The position numbers and the translations under genes were made by a program. From Camelus ferus (taxonomy: Eukaryota), in contig NC_045697.1 of the NCBI RefSeq assembly GCF_009834535.1, positions 93,436,001-93,500,000 of the forward strand: a DNA stretch of 64,000 nucleotides, given 5' to 3'. Below are positions 39,330-53,900 of this stretch, in pieces. Position 1 is the first letter of the stretch. Each line of letters starts with the position of its first letter. The notes under the pieces were generated by a model, which was not told the origin of the DNA, made no database searches, and saw nothing but the letters and a program-made list of their open reading frames with translations.

Positions 39330-40680
39330 TAATCAAATGAAATCAATGAGTTTGTATGCTTTTGTATATAGGTTTTTCTCTACTAAATAGTATATTTGGG
39401 ATTTATTCCTTTTCTTCTGTGTAATAGAAATTCATTTATTTTTATTATCATGTAATGTTCTATTAAATAAACATAATTTATTTGTCTTCCAAGTTTTTTC
39501 TATTACAAGTAAGGTGTAAGTGAGTGTTCTTATATATGTCTTTTTGTAAAAATACAGTTGCATGGAAGAGAAGGGTATTGTAAATATAAACTAGAATTGC
39601 TGGGTCATCAGAAATTATCTTATTTAGTTTTAACAGATCCTCCTAGTTTTTCTAAGTGGCTGTAACAGTTTACACACCCACAAGCAATGTATGAGAGTTC
39701 CAGTTGCTCCAGAATGTCACAAACACAGGTTGTTGATATTCTCATATTAGCCATTCAGTATGTAAGTAGTGCTTGTATTATTTTATATTGTTCTTAATGA
39801 ACAATAAGACACTAAACCTAATACCAGTTTGTGTTTTTATTGACTTTCTGAATATCGTTTGTGAAATTATCTTCAAAATTTATTTTCCATTTTTAAAATC
39901 ATCTTTCTCTTACTAATTTGTATATTTTCTTATAGGTTTGTATACTTTGGATATGAGAACTTTGCAAGTTGTATTTATTGCAATTGATTACACTAGTCTC
40001 TGATTTTACACTAATAATGGTGTTCTTACATGAACAGAATATGTCATGCTAATTAACTTCATATTTATATCTATATTTTATTGATGAACTTTTCACATTT
40101 GGATTGGGTATTAATTTTTAGCATATAGTGTTTGATAGGGGTCATGGATAATTTTCTTCCATGTCAATATTCACTTGACATCACCATTTATTGAAAAATG
40201 ATCTTGCCAAATGTAAACATTGCTATAAATCAAGTGTATGTTTATGTGTAGAAGTAGTTTTAAACCATTTACTCCACTGTACAGCTCCTTTTATCTTTCT
40301 TTATGCCAGTATCACACTGTTCTAATTCCTATGTTTGTCCTAATTACTTTATAATTAATATTGGTAAATGATCGAATTTGAGTAAATCCACTTATTCTGT
40401 TTTGTTTGTTTCCTTTCAAGAACGTCTTGTTGATTCTTAGCCATTTGTGTTACAGCAAATATTTTGAAACCAGATTTTCATTTCATATTCAAAATCCTGG
40501 GAAGGTTGCATTTGGGAATGTTTTGAATTTACAGATCAATTCGTGGAGCACTCACATCACTACATCTCCTTATACATGACCTTAGTATAAACATATATAC
40601 CTCAGTTTATTTACATCTCTTCAATTTATCTCAATATTTTTTTTATAGTTGTACAGATCTTGCTCATATTTGGTTGGGTT
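39330..40680 (-). mobile_element. Old L1M (L1MC/ME-like) ORF2 3' region
   Basis: Collinear decayed blocks: tagaattgctgggtca, cacccacaagcaatgtatgagagttccagttgctcc, caccatttattgaaaa, ttgaatttacagatcaatt. Confidence 0.75.
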
Positions 40681-40681
40681 T

Positions 40682-40860
40682 TGTATCAATTAGCTCTGAA
40701 ATGTAATATGTCATCCCCAAATTATCAGCACAAAACAATATATCTTTTTTAGTTCAGTTTTATGGGTTGGGAATTTGGTCAAGCTTCAGTGGAGTGGTTC
40801 TACTAATGTGAGTTTTGCTCAGCTGATTTTAGTTGAGTTCATTCATGGGTCTGTATTTTA
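40682..40860 (-). mobile_element. MaLR MLT1 fragment
   Basis: tgtatcaattagct...ccccaaatt...tatgggttgggaatttgg. Confidence 0.5.
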
Positions 40861-42529
40861 TTACTATTTTATGTTGTCTCTAATTGCGCTGGATGAATGG
40901 TCAGTGATTCCTGTAACTTAAGTCCCACCTTCTAGGGGATATGGACCCTGTCCTGTGTGCTGATCTGTAACCTGCCAGTTTTCTGTGATGGGCATAGGAA
41001 CGGTTTCTGTAAATCCCTCCCAGTGAATGATTCTCAAGCATGTATAATATTTAAACCACATGGCCATTTTCCATTGTTTTCACTATGATAGAACTCTTAT
41101 TTGTAGGATATCATGTCTTTGATATATTGTGAGGGGCCTGCATATATAAGCACTTTGTGTATGTCTTTCTGGAGATTACTTTAGAGCTTAATTTATTTGT
41201 ACTTTCTAATATTTGCCCATATTTGTTAGTAAAGTAATAATTTAAACATACAAGTAGTTCAAGGTGAGTCCTGTTTTTCCTTCTCCTAGTCCTGCCTCAG
41301 GATATGGAGGACTGCCACAATAAAATAATCATGAATGTCAGGAGTCTTTCTAGATGCTAACAATGGATGACACAGAAAGTCAGGGACAGTACTGGGATAT
41401 TGTTCAGTCTAAAGAATTAAGGTGGGGTGAAGAAGGGAAAAAGGAAACCTGTTTCTTCAATATCCCTCCCTATACATACGCACATTCTTCTGCAATTAAA
41501 GAGAACAATTTCATACACTAAGAGTGCAGTGTATTTTGATTAAAATTTCTCTGGTTGTTAAATATTTTAGAATGAGCATTGTATTTAAATATTTCAATAA
41601 CATTAAATTTTTCAATGAGATTTTATTATAATATATTAATGACAAATTTAGGGACTTGGATTTTATGCACTTCAATTAGCTAACAAAGGAAGCAGAAAAC
41701 TAATATTCTTTGAACTTGGCACTATACCAGATATTTTTTCACATCATTTTGCATTTGTGTGGACATTTGGAAAAACATTGACATCAAGTTTCAAAATTAT
41801 CTAAAGAATATATTGAGCTTTCAAATATAGCTTGGAAAAGTAATTAATATTTTTAAAAATTTGAGAGTAACACAAGGTGATAACTATTTCAAATTTGACA
41901 GTGTTTATTAAAATTATTATTAAAGAATTTGAAACCGTGTAGCAGAGACTTCACATAATTTTATAGAAGGAAATCTTCAACATATATGAGATATAGATGA
42001 GTCAGAGAACTCTAAATGAATTTAGCACATCCATGTAAGTTCATCTTTTTAATTGCATTGCAGTCCACATATATAAATTAAAAAACAACAACAACAAAAA
42101 AAGGCCCAAAACAAAGATATACAAATAAAGAAAAACAGAGTACATCAAAATATTTACCCAATACTAAATATTATAGGAAGAGATACTTAGCACAGAATCT
42201 CATTTTTAATGATAGACTGTTTTAAATGAGCACTACTTATAATCATTTAAGAAGAGAAAATTCTGTGTTGAATCCTATGATTTATTTTTGACCTGCAGAC
42301 TTTCCAGAGAAAAAAAAAACTGCACTAAGTAGTTCGATGTAAATGTTAAAAAAAATAGAAACTCATGAACAAAATGTCAAAATATTTTATATAAATACCT
42401 GAAATTCTTAATAATAATAATTAAATCCATTCATGTATTTATTTTTGTGAAAATACTTTTTAAACACCAGCTATTTCTCAGGTCTTCCTCTAGATGCTAG
42501 GAATTCAAAGACAAAGGAATGGGATGATA

Positions 42530-43005
42530 AGCTGTGTATCAGCTTCTGAAGATTTATGCACATCCTAATCCCTAGAATTTGTGAGAGCTACTTCACATGG
42601 GAAAAAAAGACTCTGCAGATGTCATTAAGCATCATAAGACAGGAAGATTATCTGGGATTATCTGGGTGGGCCCTAAGGTAATTGTATGTGTCCTTGTAAA
42701 AGAAAGGCAGAGGGCGATTTCATACACAGAGGATAAGGTGATATGAAGTAGAAGCAGACAGAGATTTGAAGATGCTGCCCTTGAAGATCGGAGTGATGCA
42801 GCCAAGGAGTGCTTGCAGCCAACAGAAGCTGGGTGTCAGGACAGAAAGAGTCTACTAGGGCCACCAGAGGGAGTGTGGACTGGTCGACACCTTGATTTCA
42901 GCCCAGTGATTTCAAACCTCTGGCCTCCACAACTGGAATACAGTACTTTTCTGTTCTTTTAGCCATCACATTGGTAGTAATCTGTTACAGCATCCATAAG
43001 CCAGC
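42530..43005 (+). mobile_element. MaLR solo LTR, MLT1B/C/D-like
   Basis: catcctaatccctagaa...gcagatgtcattaag...gattatctgggtgggcccta...gacaccttgatttcag...ctctggcctcca...gtaatctgttacagca. Confidence 0.85.
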
Positions 43006-43393
43006 AAAATTGGACTGGTTTTCAAAGCTGTCATAATGAAGTTAAGTATGGATTAATTGTGGTTATTTTTTTAGACTGTGTTAATAGTGTCCTTTCTAGC
43101 TGACTTCCAAGAATTAGAGCCTTTTCATGATTTGTGCAAATTTATGCCAGATTATAACTAAAATATTTTTAAAGAGCAACCTATACAGTGAACATGGATG
43201 CAATTCTGGTCATATGAGTCTGTGATTCTCCCAATATTATACATACATTAGGAAAGGGAAAGGTGATTTATTTTTTCTAGATCTCTGTTACTTGCTTTTC
43301 ATATATTTATGTCTACATAGAAAAAGCAAATATAAAAATCTAAAATCAGAAAACTTACCTCTAAGGCCACAGAAAGCATATCACTGTTGCTTC

Positions 43394-43807
43394 TTTTTTT
43401 TAATTGAAGCATAGATTACAATGTGTCAATTTCTGGTGTACATCATAATGTTTCAGTCATACATATATATACATATATTCATTTTCATTTTATTTTTCAT
43501 TATAGGTTACTACAAAATATTGAATATGATTCCTGTACTATACAAGAGAAACTTATTGTTCATCTATTATGTATATAGTAGTTAATATTCCTCAAGAAAC
43601 TAAAAACAGACTTACCATATGATCTAGCAATCCCATTGCTGGGCATATCTGGAGGGAACTCTAGTTTGAAAAAATAAATGCACCCCAATGTTCATAGCAG
43701 CACTATATACAATAGCCAAGACACAGAAGCAGGTTAAATGTCCATTGACAGATGACTGCATAAAAAAACTGTGGTGTATTTATACAATGGAATACTACTC
43801 AGCCATT
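43394..43807 (-). mobile_element. L1 3' end with 5' inversion and internal deletion
   Basis: PolyT plus antisense 3' UTR at 43394 to about 43588, abutting sense ORF2 C-terminus (MFIAALYTIAKT.KQ.KCP..DD.IKKLW.IYTMEYYSAI) to 43807. Confidence 0.85.
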
Positions 43808-44289
43808 ACCTTTTTTAAACGAAGATGGAAACAAGTTTTTATAACTTTAAAGGCCATTCTATACATTAAAAAATATACTAATAGATATATCGTCTATAAC
43901 TGTTTTCAAAATTCTCTTAGTTTATCAAAATTACTATATTACGAAATCATTGCAAAACAAAAGGGAATATATAGTACTTTCAAAATTTTTATTCATGGTC
44001 ATTTTTTAAAAATTAAATTTCGTATATATTTATTATTTATCAGGAACATTCAAAGAGTGCTCTTGAAGATTTATTTTTTTTAAAAACAAAATACTATTGA
44101 ACTTTGAGAGGTAGGGTTCTAATATACAAACACCATGTGAAATTGTTTACTAAGGTTACATTTTGGTATCGACTAGGTTAATTGGACCTTCTCAGTTAAT
44201 ATTAATGAGCTAAATTTAATTATCCCACTGATACTAATAGAACAGTTCTGATGTTCAGATATAATGGAAAACATCAGATAAAATTTTAG

Positions 44290-44820
44290 GGCCGTCAATC
44301 AGGGCCCTAGGGGGAAAAATAACATTAACACTGGGCAATTAAAGGAAAAGATTATTTGAGAAGTTATTTAAAGTGGTTGAAAAGGATTTTAAGGAAACTA
44401 ACAAGGTATAAGGGTCCAGGAGGTCTGAGGAAGAGGTGAGGAGGAGCCCCAGGAGCTGCATTACCCAGGCAGCATCAGTGACCAGAAGTGTGGTCGGACA
44501 TGAATGAGGTGCTGTGTGCTTCACCAGTGAGCACTTAGCTGCAGCACAGGGAATTGGTGGAGTCTCACAGATACTCATAAGAATTGCAGGAATTGTGGCA
44601 AGTTCTGAGAACCACTCACTACTGCATCAAAAGAAGATTTTTACAGTTAGCCTGGCCTTTGTTGGAAGCTTTATAACCTACAGCATCAGTTTCCCTGACC
44701 TCCAGCCCCTCAGCTTTTCCTAGGGACGTGCAGGTCATTTGTTACATACCCTTTGTTACAAATCCTTTATATCAGGCCTATAAAAAGTGGCTTCTGTTCT
44801 CCGACTGAAGGTGAATGATT
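44290..44820. mobile_element. Old ERVL LTR relic(s), LTR33/LTR41-like
   Basis: Weak resemblance (taaggaaactaacaagg; aaagtggcttctgttctccgactgaa). Confidence 0.35.
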
Positions 44821-45929
44821 TTGTTTCTAGGAATGCTTCGTTCTCTTTATGGATTGAAGTCTCAGCTTCTTTGTGAAGCACATAAGCCTTTCATAAATGC
44901 ACATTTAGTTTTATCTTCAATTCCCAAGGTCATTATTCTTTGAACACCATGCTCCATGCACACTGATAGTGCCTGGCCTAATAGTGGAATACTGGAGGCT
45001 GGAGAGCAGTTAATAATAACTGTGTGGTCTGTGGTCCTGCTTTCAGGACTCGGTTCCATATATCTGACCATGGGGACTAGCAAAATAAAATATGTAGGAC
45101 AAAACTGTAATTTCACTTGAGAAGCCAGGAAGGGGCATCACTTGATATGACTGCATGTATGTGTTCCAGTGCTGCACGAATATGTGTGTGGAATGTGTGT
45201 GTGAGTGTGTGTGTGCATGTGAGCAGATGGAGCCCAGAACGTTGTTTCTAATTGTATTGCATATTTATCACTTGTATTATCATCAGTGTAGTTTTATTGT
45301 TCCCAATCTAGGCATGCTAAATTAGAATCTTTTGTAAGCTAGGGCAAAAGAATCCACATTTTTAATGATCTTATTAAATGATTCTGAAAATTATTAAAAT
45401 TTGAGAGCCTTTATTTTAATTAATCAATAGTGTTAAAAGTGTTCCTTAAGATGACTATATGTGTAGAGCCTCATGCTGAAAAATTTTAGTAGGTGAAAGA
45501 CCTTACATTTAGGAGTTTGAGGTTTACTGGTAGGAGGATGGCACAAAATTAAAAAGAAATTGTATATCTTTGAAGGGTTTCAATATTGTATAAGCCTCTC
45601 GCTGCTACTAAGTTTGATTTTTATAAAGGAAGATAAGATTTCTGTGTTCTTAGAAACAATAAAAAGACAGAGGAAAATCATAAGTGTTACAAAAACAAAG
45701 AGTAAAGGAACAAGCCAAAAAAAAAAAGAGTAGGAGGACAAGAAAACAATGTATATTAAATATACATAATAGAAAAAGAAATATCTTCTAATTAGCTCTT
45801 TTTATGGGGAAGAAACATAGAGCTCAAAAATATATGGAAATACTATAAGGATAGGCACAACCCCTCAGTTATCCAGGAGGGGGAGCAGCTTGTGGAAACT
45901 GATGTGCTTGTGCTGTAGTGGATAAGGTT

Positions 45930-46513
45930 TGTGGTGAGAAGAATTCTAAAGAGGGCTTCCCAAGAGACCGTTCCCTTGTTCTCAACTATTCCTAAGATGG
46001 AATTTTGCAGATGAAATGCAAGTCCCAAGTCACTTGACTGTCAGGAAGACTGTTCCAGTGAGTCTGAACCAATCAGGTAAAATCAGAGCGTTTTCTCTAG
46101 CTGTTGGCAGAAGGAAAAGTCAGGTACATTCAATCACGGGAAACATTCAAAATGAGACATAGATTCCATCACTGGCTGAGAAATGGAAGGGCTGCTTGAG
46201 AAGGACACAGGCAGCTTTTAGGAGCAGGGACCAAGCCCCACCGGCAGCCAGCAAGGACTCGGAGACATCCAACCACAAAGAGCTAGTTTCTGGTCAACAT
46301 GTAGAATGAGCTGAGAAGCTGATTCTCCCCAAGAGCATCCAGAAAAAAGCCTAGCTCAACCAACACTTTGACTTCAGTCTTGTGTGGCTGTAAGCAAAGA
46401 ACTCGTTTTGCATAGATTTCTGACCTACAAAATTGTGAGATAATAAATGAATATTGTTTCAATGAGCTATAATTTTTCTGTAATGTATTACTCCACAATA
46501 GAAAACTAATACA
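45930..46513 (+). mobile_element. MaLR solo LTR, MLT1E-like
   Basis: tgtggtgagaagaattctaaag start, internal cagccagcaagga, and end ttctgacctacaaaattgtgagataataaat...aatagaaaactaataca. Confidence 0.85.
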
Positions 46514-46564
46514 AATTCAAATAATCATACATGTAAAGAGGTTAATTTTATCAAAATCTATTAA

Positions 46565-48178
46565 CCAACTTTAAGACTTAGAATAAAGCAAGCTGCAGTA
46601 ATCGAGACTGCATGGTGTTGGCCAAATAATAGACAAAAAGATCAGTGTAACAGCATAGAGAGCCCAGAAATAGATCCAAATAAAAATAGTCAACTAGACT
46701 TTAACGAAGGAGAAAAGGCAATACAATGGAGCAAAGATAGTTTTTTTCAACAAATGTTGCTTATAAAATGAGATACTCACATGGAAAAAGAATGAATCTA
46801 GATAAAGATCTTATACTCTTCTAAAAATTACCTCAAAATGGATCACAGACTAATATAAAACATTAAACATAAAACTACTAGAAGATAACATAAGTAAAAA
46901 AAACCCTCAACAACCTAGGATATGGTGAGGCTTTTTAGCTACAACACCAAAGGTACAATCCATTAAAAAATAATTGATAAGCTGGACTTTATTAAAATTG
47001 AAAGCTCCTCTGCAAAAGGCAATATCAAGAGATTGAGAAGACAAGCCATAGACTAGGAGAAAATACCTGCAAAAGACACATCTGATAAAGGACTTATTCA
47101 AAATATACAAAGAACTCTTAAAACTCAACAATAAGAATACAAACAGCCAGATTGAAAAACTGGGAAAAACTTTAACAAATACCTCTTCCAAGAACATATA
47201 CAGAGGGTAAATAAGCGTATGAAAAGATGCTCCACACATGTGTCATCAGGGAAATGAAAATTATAACAACAAGATACCACTGGACACCTATAGGAATGGC
47301 CAAAAATCTGGAACACTGACAACACGAAAAGCCTGTGAGAAGACAGAGCAACAAGAATTCTCTTACATTGCTGGTGGGAATGCAAAACAGTACCACCATT
47401 TTGGAAAAGTTTGGTCTTACAGAACTCAAAATACTCATACCACACTATCGAGCAAATGTGCTCCTTGGTACTTACCCAAAGGTGTTGAAAACATGTCCAC
47501 ACAAAATCCTGCACACAATGTTTACAGTAGCCTCATTCATAATTGCCCAGATTTGAAAACAACTAAGAAGTCCTTCAGAAGATAAATGGAAAAATAAACT
47601 GTGGTAGGTCCAGACAATGGAACATTATTTAGTGCTAAAAAATGAACTATTAAATCATGAAAAGACATGGAGAACATTAACATATATCACTAAGTCAAAT
47701 AAGCCAATCTGAGAAAGATTTACACTGCATGATTCAACAATATGACTTTCTGGAAAAGGCAAAACTATGGAGACAGTAAAAAAATAAGTGGTTGCCAGGA
47801 GGTGGGAGGAAGGATGGATAAATAGGCAGAGCACAGAGGATTTTTAAGGCAGTGAAACTTCCATATGATACAACAGTGGTTGATATATGTCATTATACGT
47901 TTATCCAAAGACTTACAATGAACAACCCTAGGAATAAGTTTAATGTAAATGATGGACTTTGGGTGATACTGATGTGTCAAAGCAGGTTCACAGATTATAA
48001 CAGATATATCACTGCAACGGATGCATTGATAGTGGGGTTGTAATGCATGTGTAAGGGCAGAAAGATATGGGATCTCTGTAATTTCCACTAGTTTTGCTGT
48101 GATAAGGGCAGAAAGATATGGGATCTCTGTAATTTCCACTAGTTTTGCTGTGAACCTAAAAGTTCTCTAAATATAAAC
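46565..48178 (+). mobile_element. 5'-truncated L1MC1/2-like element (ORF2 3' part plus 3' UTR)
   Basis: Decayed ORF2, then 3' UTR motifs aataggcagagcacagaggatttttaaggcagtgaaac, atggactttgggtgata and ttttgctgtgaacctaaaa. Confidence 0.88.
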
Positions 48179-48799
48179 CTTGCTATTTTGCAAAAAAACC
48201 CATGGCATCAAATTCGACGGAGAAAAATGCCAAAACTCATTTAACCTACTAACCAACTCATGCTCCTGCTGATTTTCTTCGTGACAATTACTGAAACAAA
48301 GAAACGAAAAATCCAAAATGTACCTCTAGGAATGCAAGACAATGTAAGAGTCAATATTGAAGAAGCAATCTATATTTTTGTGTAATAACTCCAAAAATAG
48401 AATGATGTCACTGAATAACATATATCATAAGAACTGGAAAAAAAAAACAAATTCCCCTTCAAATTACCTAGGCTTTCTGAATAAGTAATAAATATGAAAA
48501 AGAAGAAAATTGTTCAGTTGAAACTTAAATAATAACAACAGAGAACAACAGATAAAAGAAACAAGGAGGGAGAAAGAAAAGACACAGACCTGAAATGATG
48601 AGGGTTGGTAGTTATTCTTAAATAACTATTAAACTAGTATCCATTATTCATATGTTCTTTTGGAAGCTTGATATCTAGCTAGTAGCTTACACATACTATT
48701 GTTTCTTCTCAGATACACTGCTAAGTCCTTTATAGTTGTTTCACAAATTTTTCTCATAAAAAAGCAGTGTCAGCCTCAAGGACTAGGGTAGTTGTCATT

Positions 48800-48910
48800 A
48801 ACCAGGAACGTACACAATTTCAGTCCTCACTCCAGACCTACTGAACCAGAATCAGCAGTTAAACAAAGTCCTAGATAGTGTGTGTGCATATTAAAGTTTG
48901 AGAAGACTGG
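48800..48910. mobile_element. MER5-like hAT-Charlie fragment, apparently nested in a MIR
   Basis: ccagacctactgaaccagaatc...tgcatattaaagtttgagaagactgg, with MIR-like sequence on both sides. Confidence 0.65.
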
Positions 48911-50780
48911 CTTATAGCTCAGAGACTTTTCTCAGTAACACACAGAACAGAACATTAATTTCACTGTCACCTTCTTAATCAAATATTATTGTATGCATCA
49001 CATAGATGTTAAATAAAACCACAGAGGAATCACAAACTGTGTGGGAAAAACCAAGATTGAATATTTGTGATACATGTTCCTGCAGAGGATGGACCATACC
49101 AGAAAAGTATCAATCTCTGCAGAGATTATTCTGCCATTGTAATTTAGAAGGAATCTTACGATTGAAGAAAAAATTGCCTCGTAAGATGAATGAAAATCCA
49201 TCTAATCTTGATGACTTGTTTTGTTCGGTCTCTGCTGGTCAAAATTATCAATTCAAATTATCTAAAATGATTGAAGTAATATCTGGAGAACCCTCTCAGA
49301 TATAGGGGAAATGTGTTCAAAGTGGTACAATGTAAACACACTATGATTGTTTTATTTTTTCTTCAGTATTGACTAAAAGGATATAAAAATTAGGCTCCTG
49401 TACTCACAGAAACAAAATGCCTTCTTTGGTTTTTGGATGGATAACAGATCTATTGTTTTTTTTTTTTTTTTCATTCTCTTAGGTGCTATACTAATGAATA
49501 CCTGCAAATAATTACTATTTTGAAGAAAAAAAAAATTGAATAAGTGATAATTGAACTGTGTATCTGTGGTGTGTTGGCTTAAGCAATTAAAGATAGATAA
49601 ATGTAATTTTAGAAATAATTATCTGAAGCCTAGGTGTTTTTACATGTCTCTAGTTAGATAGTATTTAGATCTTCTCTAGTCACAAGGGTTTTGTTAGGTG
49701 AATATTATCAAAGTTATATTGAGTCTATATGCAGATCATATGCTTTAAAAGAAACCATCTGCTCTTTTACATTGTGTTATCATAACATTTACACATGGCT
49801 CTGAAAATAACCATCTAAAACTGAAATCTTAAAATACTCATAAAAATAATTGATTTTTTACTGCCCTTCTGAGTTCATTACATTACTGGTATGGATATAT
49901 ATTATACTGTATCATCTTTTTTCCATCTCATTACTCGTTTTTTGGCACCATAAGAATAGAACATTTTAAGAATAAGAACATAGATTTAAAACCCTGTGAT
50001 AGCCCACTTTATTTAAAAAATGACTGTTTTTTAAAAAGAAGGTTTTTTTCTGGATCTCCATTAATATGGTAACTATAAAGCATTGGAAGTTATCTAAATC
50101 ATACAAACATGCATTCTTTGATATATTCATAAATCAGTACAGCTAGTTAGCTGCATAGTTTTCAAATTTAGTTGACATAATTGTAATTTTAAAGGTAAAT
50201 ATCTCTGCATTGCTAAATCTACCTTATTCAAATATACACTTTAGTATAACGTATTTTAATATTTATAATTTCGGTTTACTTAAAATACATGAAAAACTAA
50301 AGAATGACAATTGAAAATTTTAATGAAGCACAATGGAATTCATCTTATTTCAGATGATCCCTGGTTCATTACTTTGGTTCCTCTCATTTTTCTGATGCAT
50401 CAATATAAATCTGCTGAGCTCACACTCAGGCTTGCATTTATAAGGGAATTAAATGTTCGTTTCATGGATGCTGGAAAGCTTAATGCTGTCCCAAGACTTC
50501 TTGCCGTTTCTGGAGTTTTATAGTCTCACAGTCACTTCTACCTATAGATTTAGGTGTCTGTTGTCCTCCTGATGTTTGGTTCACTGTCAAACCAGACGTC
50601 ATCTACTCATTATATTTGTAATAGGTTTTACCTGAGCTGCCGTTTAACCAAGAGGCTGCTTGTTACATAAAACTTAAAATCAAGTACTGGACGTACCATT
50701 TCTGAAAACGTTAAGTGCCATCTTGACACACCTGCCTACTGTATTTTTTCTCCTGCCTTTTTTTTTTTCTTTCTCTACAA

Positions 50781-50992
50781 CATATTTTCTCAACTTAGTG
50801 TGTTGAAATTTTGGGCCCAGTATGTTTTGTTGTTGCTGTCTCTTGAACATTGCAAGATGTTTGGCAGCATCCTTGGCCTCTATATTCTAGATGCCAGTGG
50901 CACCCTCCAGCAAGGTATGACAACCAAAAATGTCTGCTGACATTGTCAAATATCCCCCAAAGGAGCCCACCTTCTCCTGTTGAGAACAATTG
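50781..50992. mobile_element. MER20 hAT-Charlie element
   Basis: Terminal inverted repeats ca..ttttctcaac / gttgagaacaattg and internal gatgtttggcagcatccttggcctcta...ctagatgccagt...gacaaccaaaaatgtct. Confidence 0.88.
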
Positions 50993-53900
50993 CACTAGGG
51001 AAAAAAAAAAGTCTTTAATTTTCAAATACACATAGTAAGCCTCGTTACCTCCTCTTCTCAGCCATTTCTGAAAACTGAAATTAACAATTATTTTGTCAAC
51101 ATTGATCAACTATAGTTTCTGTCAGGGACAGTTAAGTTCATACGTTCATAAAACATTGAGATAAGTGACTGATTTTTAATACATATGTGTATTATGTATA
51201 TGAGTGTATTAGTGTGCATGTGTTTATCATATTCAGTCAAAAGTTTCTGAATTTATAAGATAGTAAGACAATATCCCCAATAAATATCAGTCTTTAATAA
51301 ATACAATAAATATTGAATATCCGATGGTGTATAAAATGAAGCTAGCATATCTTTTACTTTGTCATTGAAATTTTACTATTAAAATATTTCAATCATATAA
51401 TTTAAAGGTACCCAACTGTAATACTATTTTATACCACATATTACATATTTTTGTATGACATATTTGAGTTCTTAATTAATACATAAATATATTTTTAGAG
51501 TAGAAAAATGTTATTTCAAGTATAAAAACATAATTGCTAATCTTTAATAATAATTTCATTTAATGTTTAACTACATAATGACTTTAAGTACATACATATA
51601 TTTATTTATCTACAGGGAGATACCAAGCCTACACCACTGCAAATTTGTATTAAAAGCACATCATATAAAATTTATCATCTTTTACCCCAAAATGTTACTC
51701 TCCAGATGAAACTTATCATGTTGTATGCTAAACTAGTATTGCATAAAGAAATATATTGTATTTAACTGGAAAAAAAGATCATGATTTCTTGGTGGCTGGT
51801 CTGAGGGAGATTTTTAGAGAAAGTGTTAGGTCTACCTCCTAATACCTGACTTTACAATACTCTGCTGGTAGAGAAGGGATAAAACATTTTCATAGAAAAA
51901 AGTCAGATAATGAAGTTGAGTCAATATTACTGACTTGGTGTCTGCAGTGCAATTATATTTTAAGGGTTTTGACGGATAACAACTGAGAAAAATTTTCCTG
52001 AAGGACAGCACATTATTTGCAAGGAAATAAAATAAGAAAATCAAGTTACTATTACTATTAAATTAACATAACAGCATAGGACTTTAAAAATACATCTTAT
52101 CAACTTAGATACACAGATTTTCATGGGTGATAAACTTTATAATATCAAATAATTTAGGAAATCAACTTTGACAGGAAACAGGAGGAATCTGAACAGGTAA
52201 ATCCTATTCCTTCTCTTCTTACCTTTCTAATAGTCTGAGGAGCAAGTAACTTTATTAAGTAGTAGCCACTTAGTGAGGTACAGAATACAACTGAGTTATA
52301 TCTTCCCTCCCTTATTTTTATTATTGTTATTACTGTTGTCATCATTTTAATTCCCACTGCCCTGAACTTACATTTTCCAAACAGTGTTAGATCCTAATTT
52401 TCACTTCAGGCTCTGCTTCAAGTGAAAACAATTAGGATTTAGAATTAAAACAAAGTTTTTAATATAATTTTTATTGGTATTTTAAGCAGAACTTATCATG
52501 CAATTCTGTTTGATATTCAGAGAATAGTTTTAGAGGGAAAATGTCTACAAGAAAATTATTTGGCAGGCATTTATATAAAAGCTTTTTAATCATAACTTAC
52601 GTGCATTAGTCACTTATGCATGAAAAAATAAACTACTACATACACACATCAAAGACTCAATATTAAAATGTAAACAAGCATGAAGTTAACTAATAATACT
52701 CAATATTAATATATGCAAAACGTATCAACTCTAAATACTTTTTTGTGCTTATAATACATTTTTCTTCTTCTCTTAAACGTTCTATTCAATTTCAGATTCA
52801 AAAATACAAGAAAATCTGGCAATATCCTATTTAGGATAATGAGTTCAGTAGCTTTGTGGCTTAAAGCATGTATACAACAAATTGTCTATCTGTCTATCTG
52901 TCTGTCTATCTATCTATCTAATTGTTGTTATCTCTGGCACTGGAAATCTTCAGTGAGCTCTTATTATCTCTCAAAATCTGTGTTTTACTCTCAATTGTTA
53001 CAAAACAATGAAATTGATAGAGGCACTGACTGTGGGAGGTTAGGCTGGTTTTCATTTTTATTGTTTTTGAGTGTGTACGATTTCTTTTTTCCTAAACAAA
53101 TTGTTCAACCTCTCCAAATCACAGCTTAGTCACCTGAACAACAGAGATGATAGTAATTTCCTCATTGTCCTGTTGGGTCAGTTCTATGAATATTGTTTCA
53201 AAAGTGTTTTGTTCCCGATGTTCCCATGAAATCAAGCTATTGTGGAATGTATTTCTACTGAAAATATTTTCTATTTTTCTAGATTAGCAAATATATTCAT
53301 GGCACAAGGCGCACCCTTGGTTAGAATACATTTACTCCATGTAATTACCAAGGAGCATTTAGGTCAATGCAAAAATATTTAAATCACCAGGACGCTCTGA
53401 AAAGAATACTTATCTTTATTATGCAAATATTTAATTATGTTTTATTCTTGGACAGACTAAATCAATACACTCTTTAAAACTAAAGTGAGAACATTTTCTG
53501 ACCTTGAGAACTTCTGCTTTAATCATTTAAACAAACAAAATAAAAACCCGTGTAACCCAGACTTAGGAAGTGTTAGCATTTGTGTAGTGATATTTTATTT
53601 TGTTTTGTTTGTGTCACAGCAGTGAATCTAATGGTGAAATGGCCATCAGAGCCTTTGAAGACAAGTACTTTTCTGTGCAAAGTTTTCATTTAGGAGTCCT
53701 TATTCATAACACTATTTACCTGGTAATATATATACTATACTGGACTATACTATGCTATACAATTCTACTCTATTCTGTTCTGTTCTATCCTCTTCTAGTC
53801 TATGTTTTTCCTTTTGGTTCAGATGAGTATGTTCTGCTAAATGATGACCAGACCAAGTGATTGATGGCCATATTATCTTCCTTTTGCTTTAATGGTTATT

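Noticed and set aside
43688..44083. 131-aa ORF
   Set aside because: The first ~40 aa are the L1 ORF2 C-terminus; the rest is read-through into AT-rich flank.
46907..48139. Cluster of overlapping 60-130 aa ORFs
   Set aside because: All lie in a decayed L1MC; the repeated peptide EITEIPYLSAL only reflects the 51-bp duplication.
53730..53792. Degenerate pentamer array (TATAC/TTCTG)
   Set aside because: Ordinary decayed microsatellite with no spacer structure.
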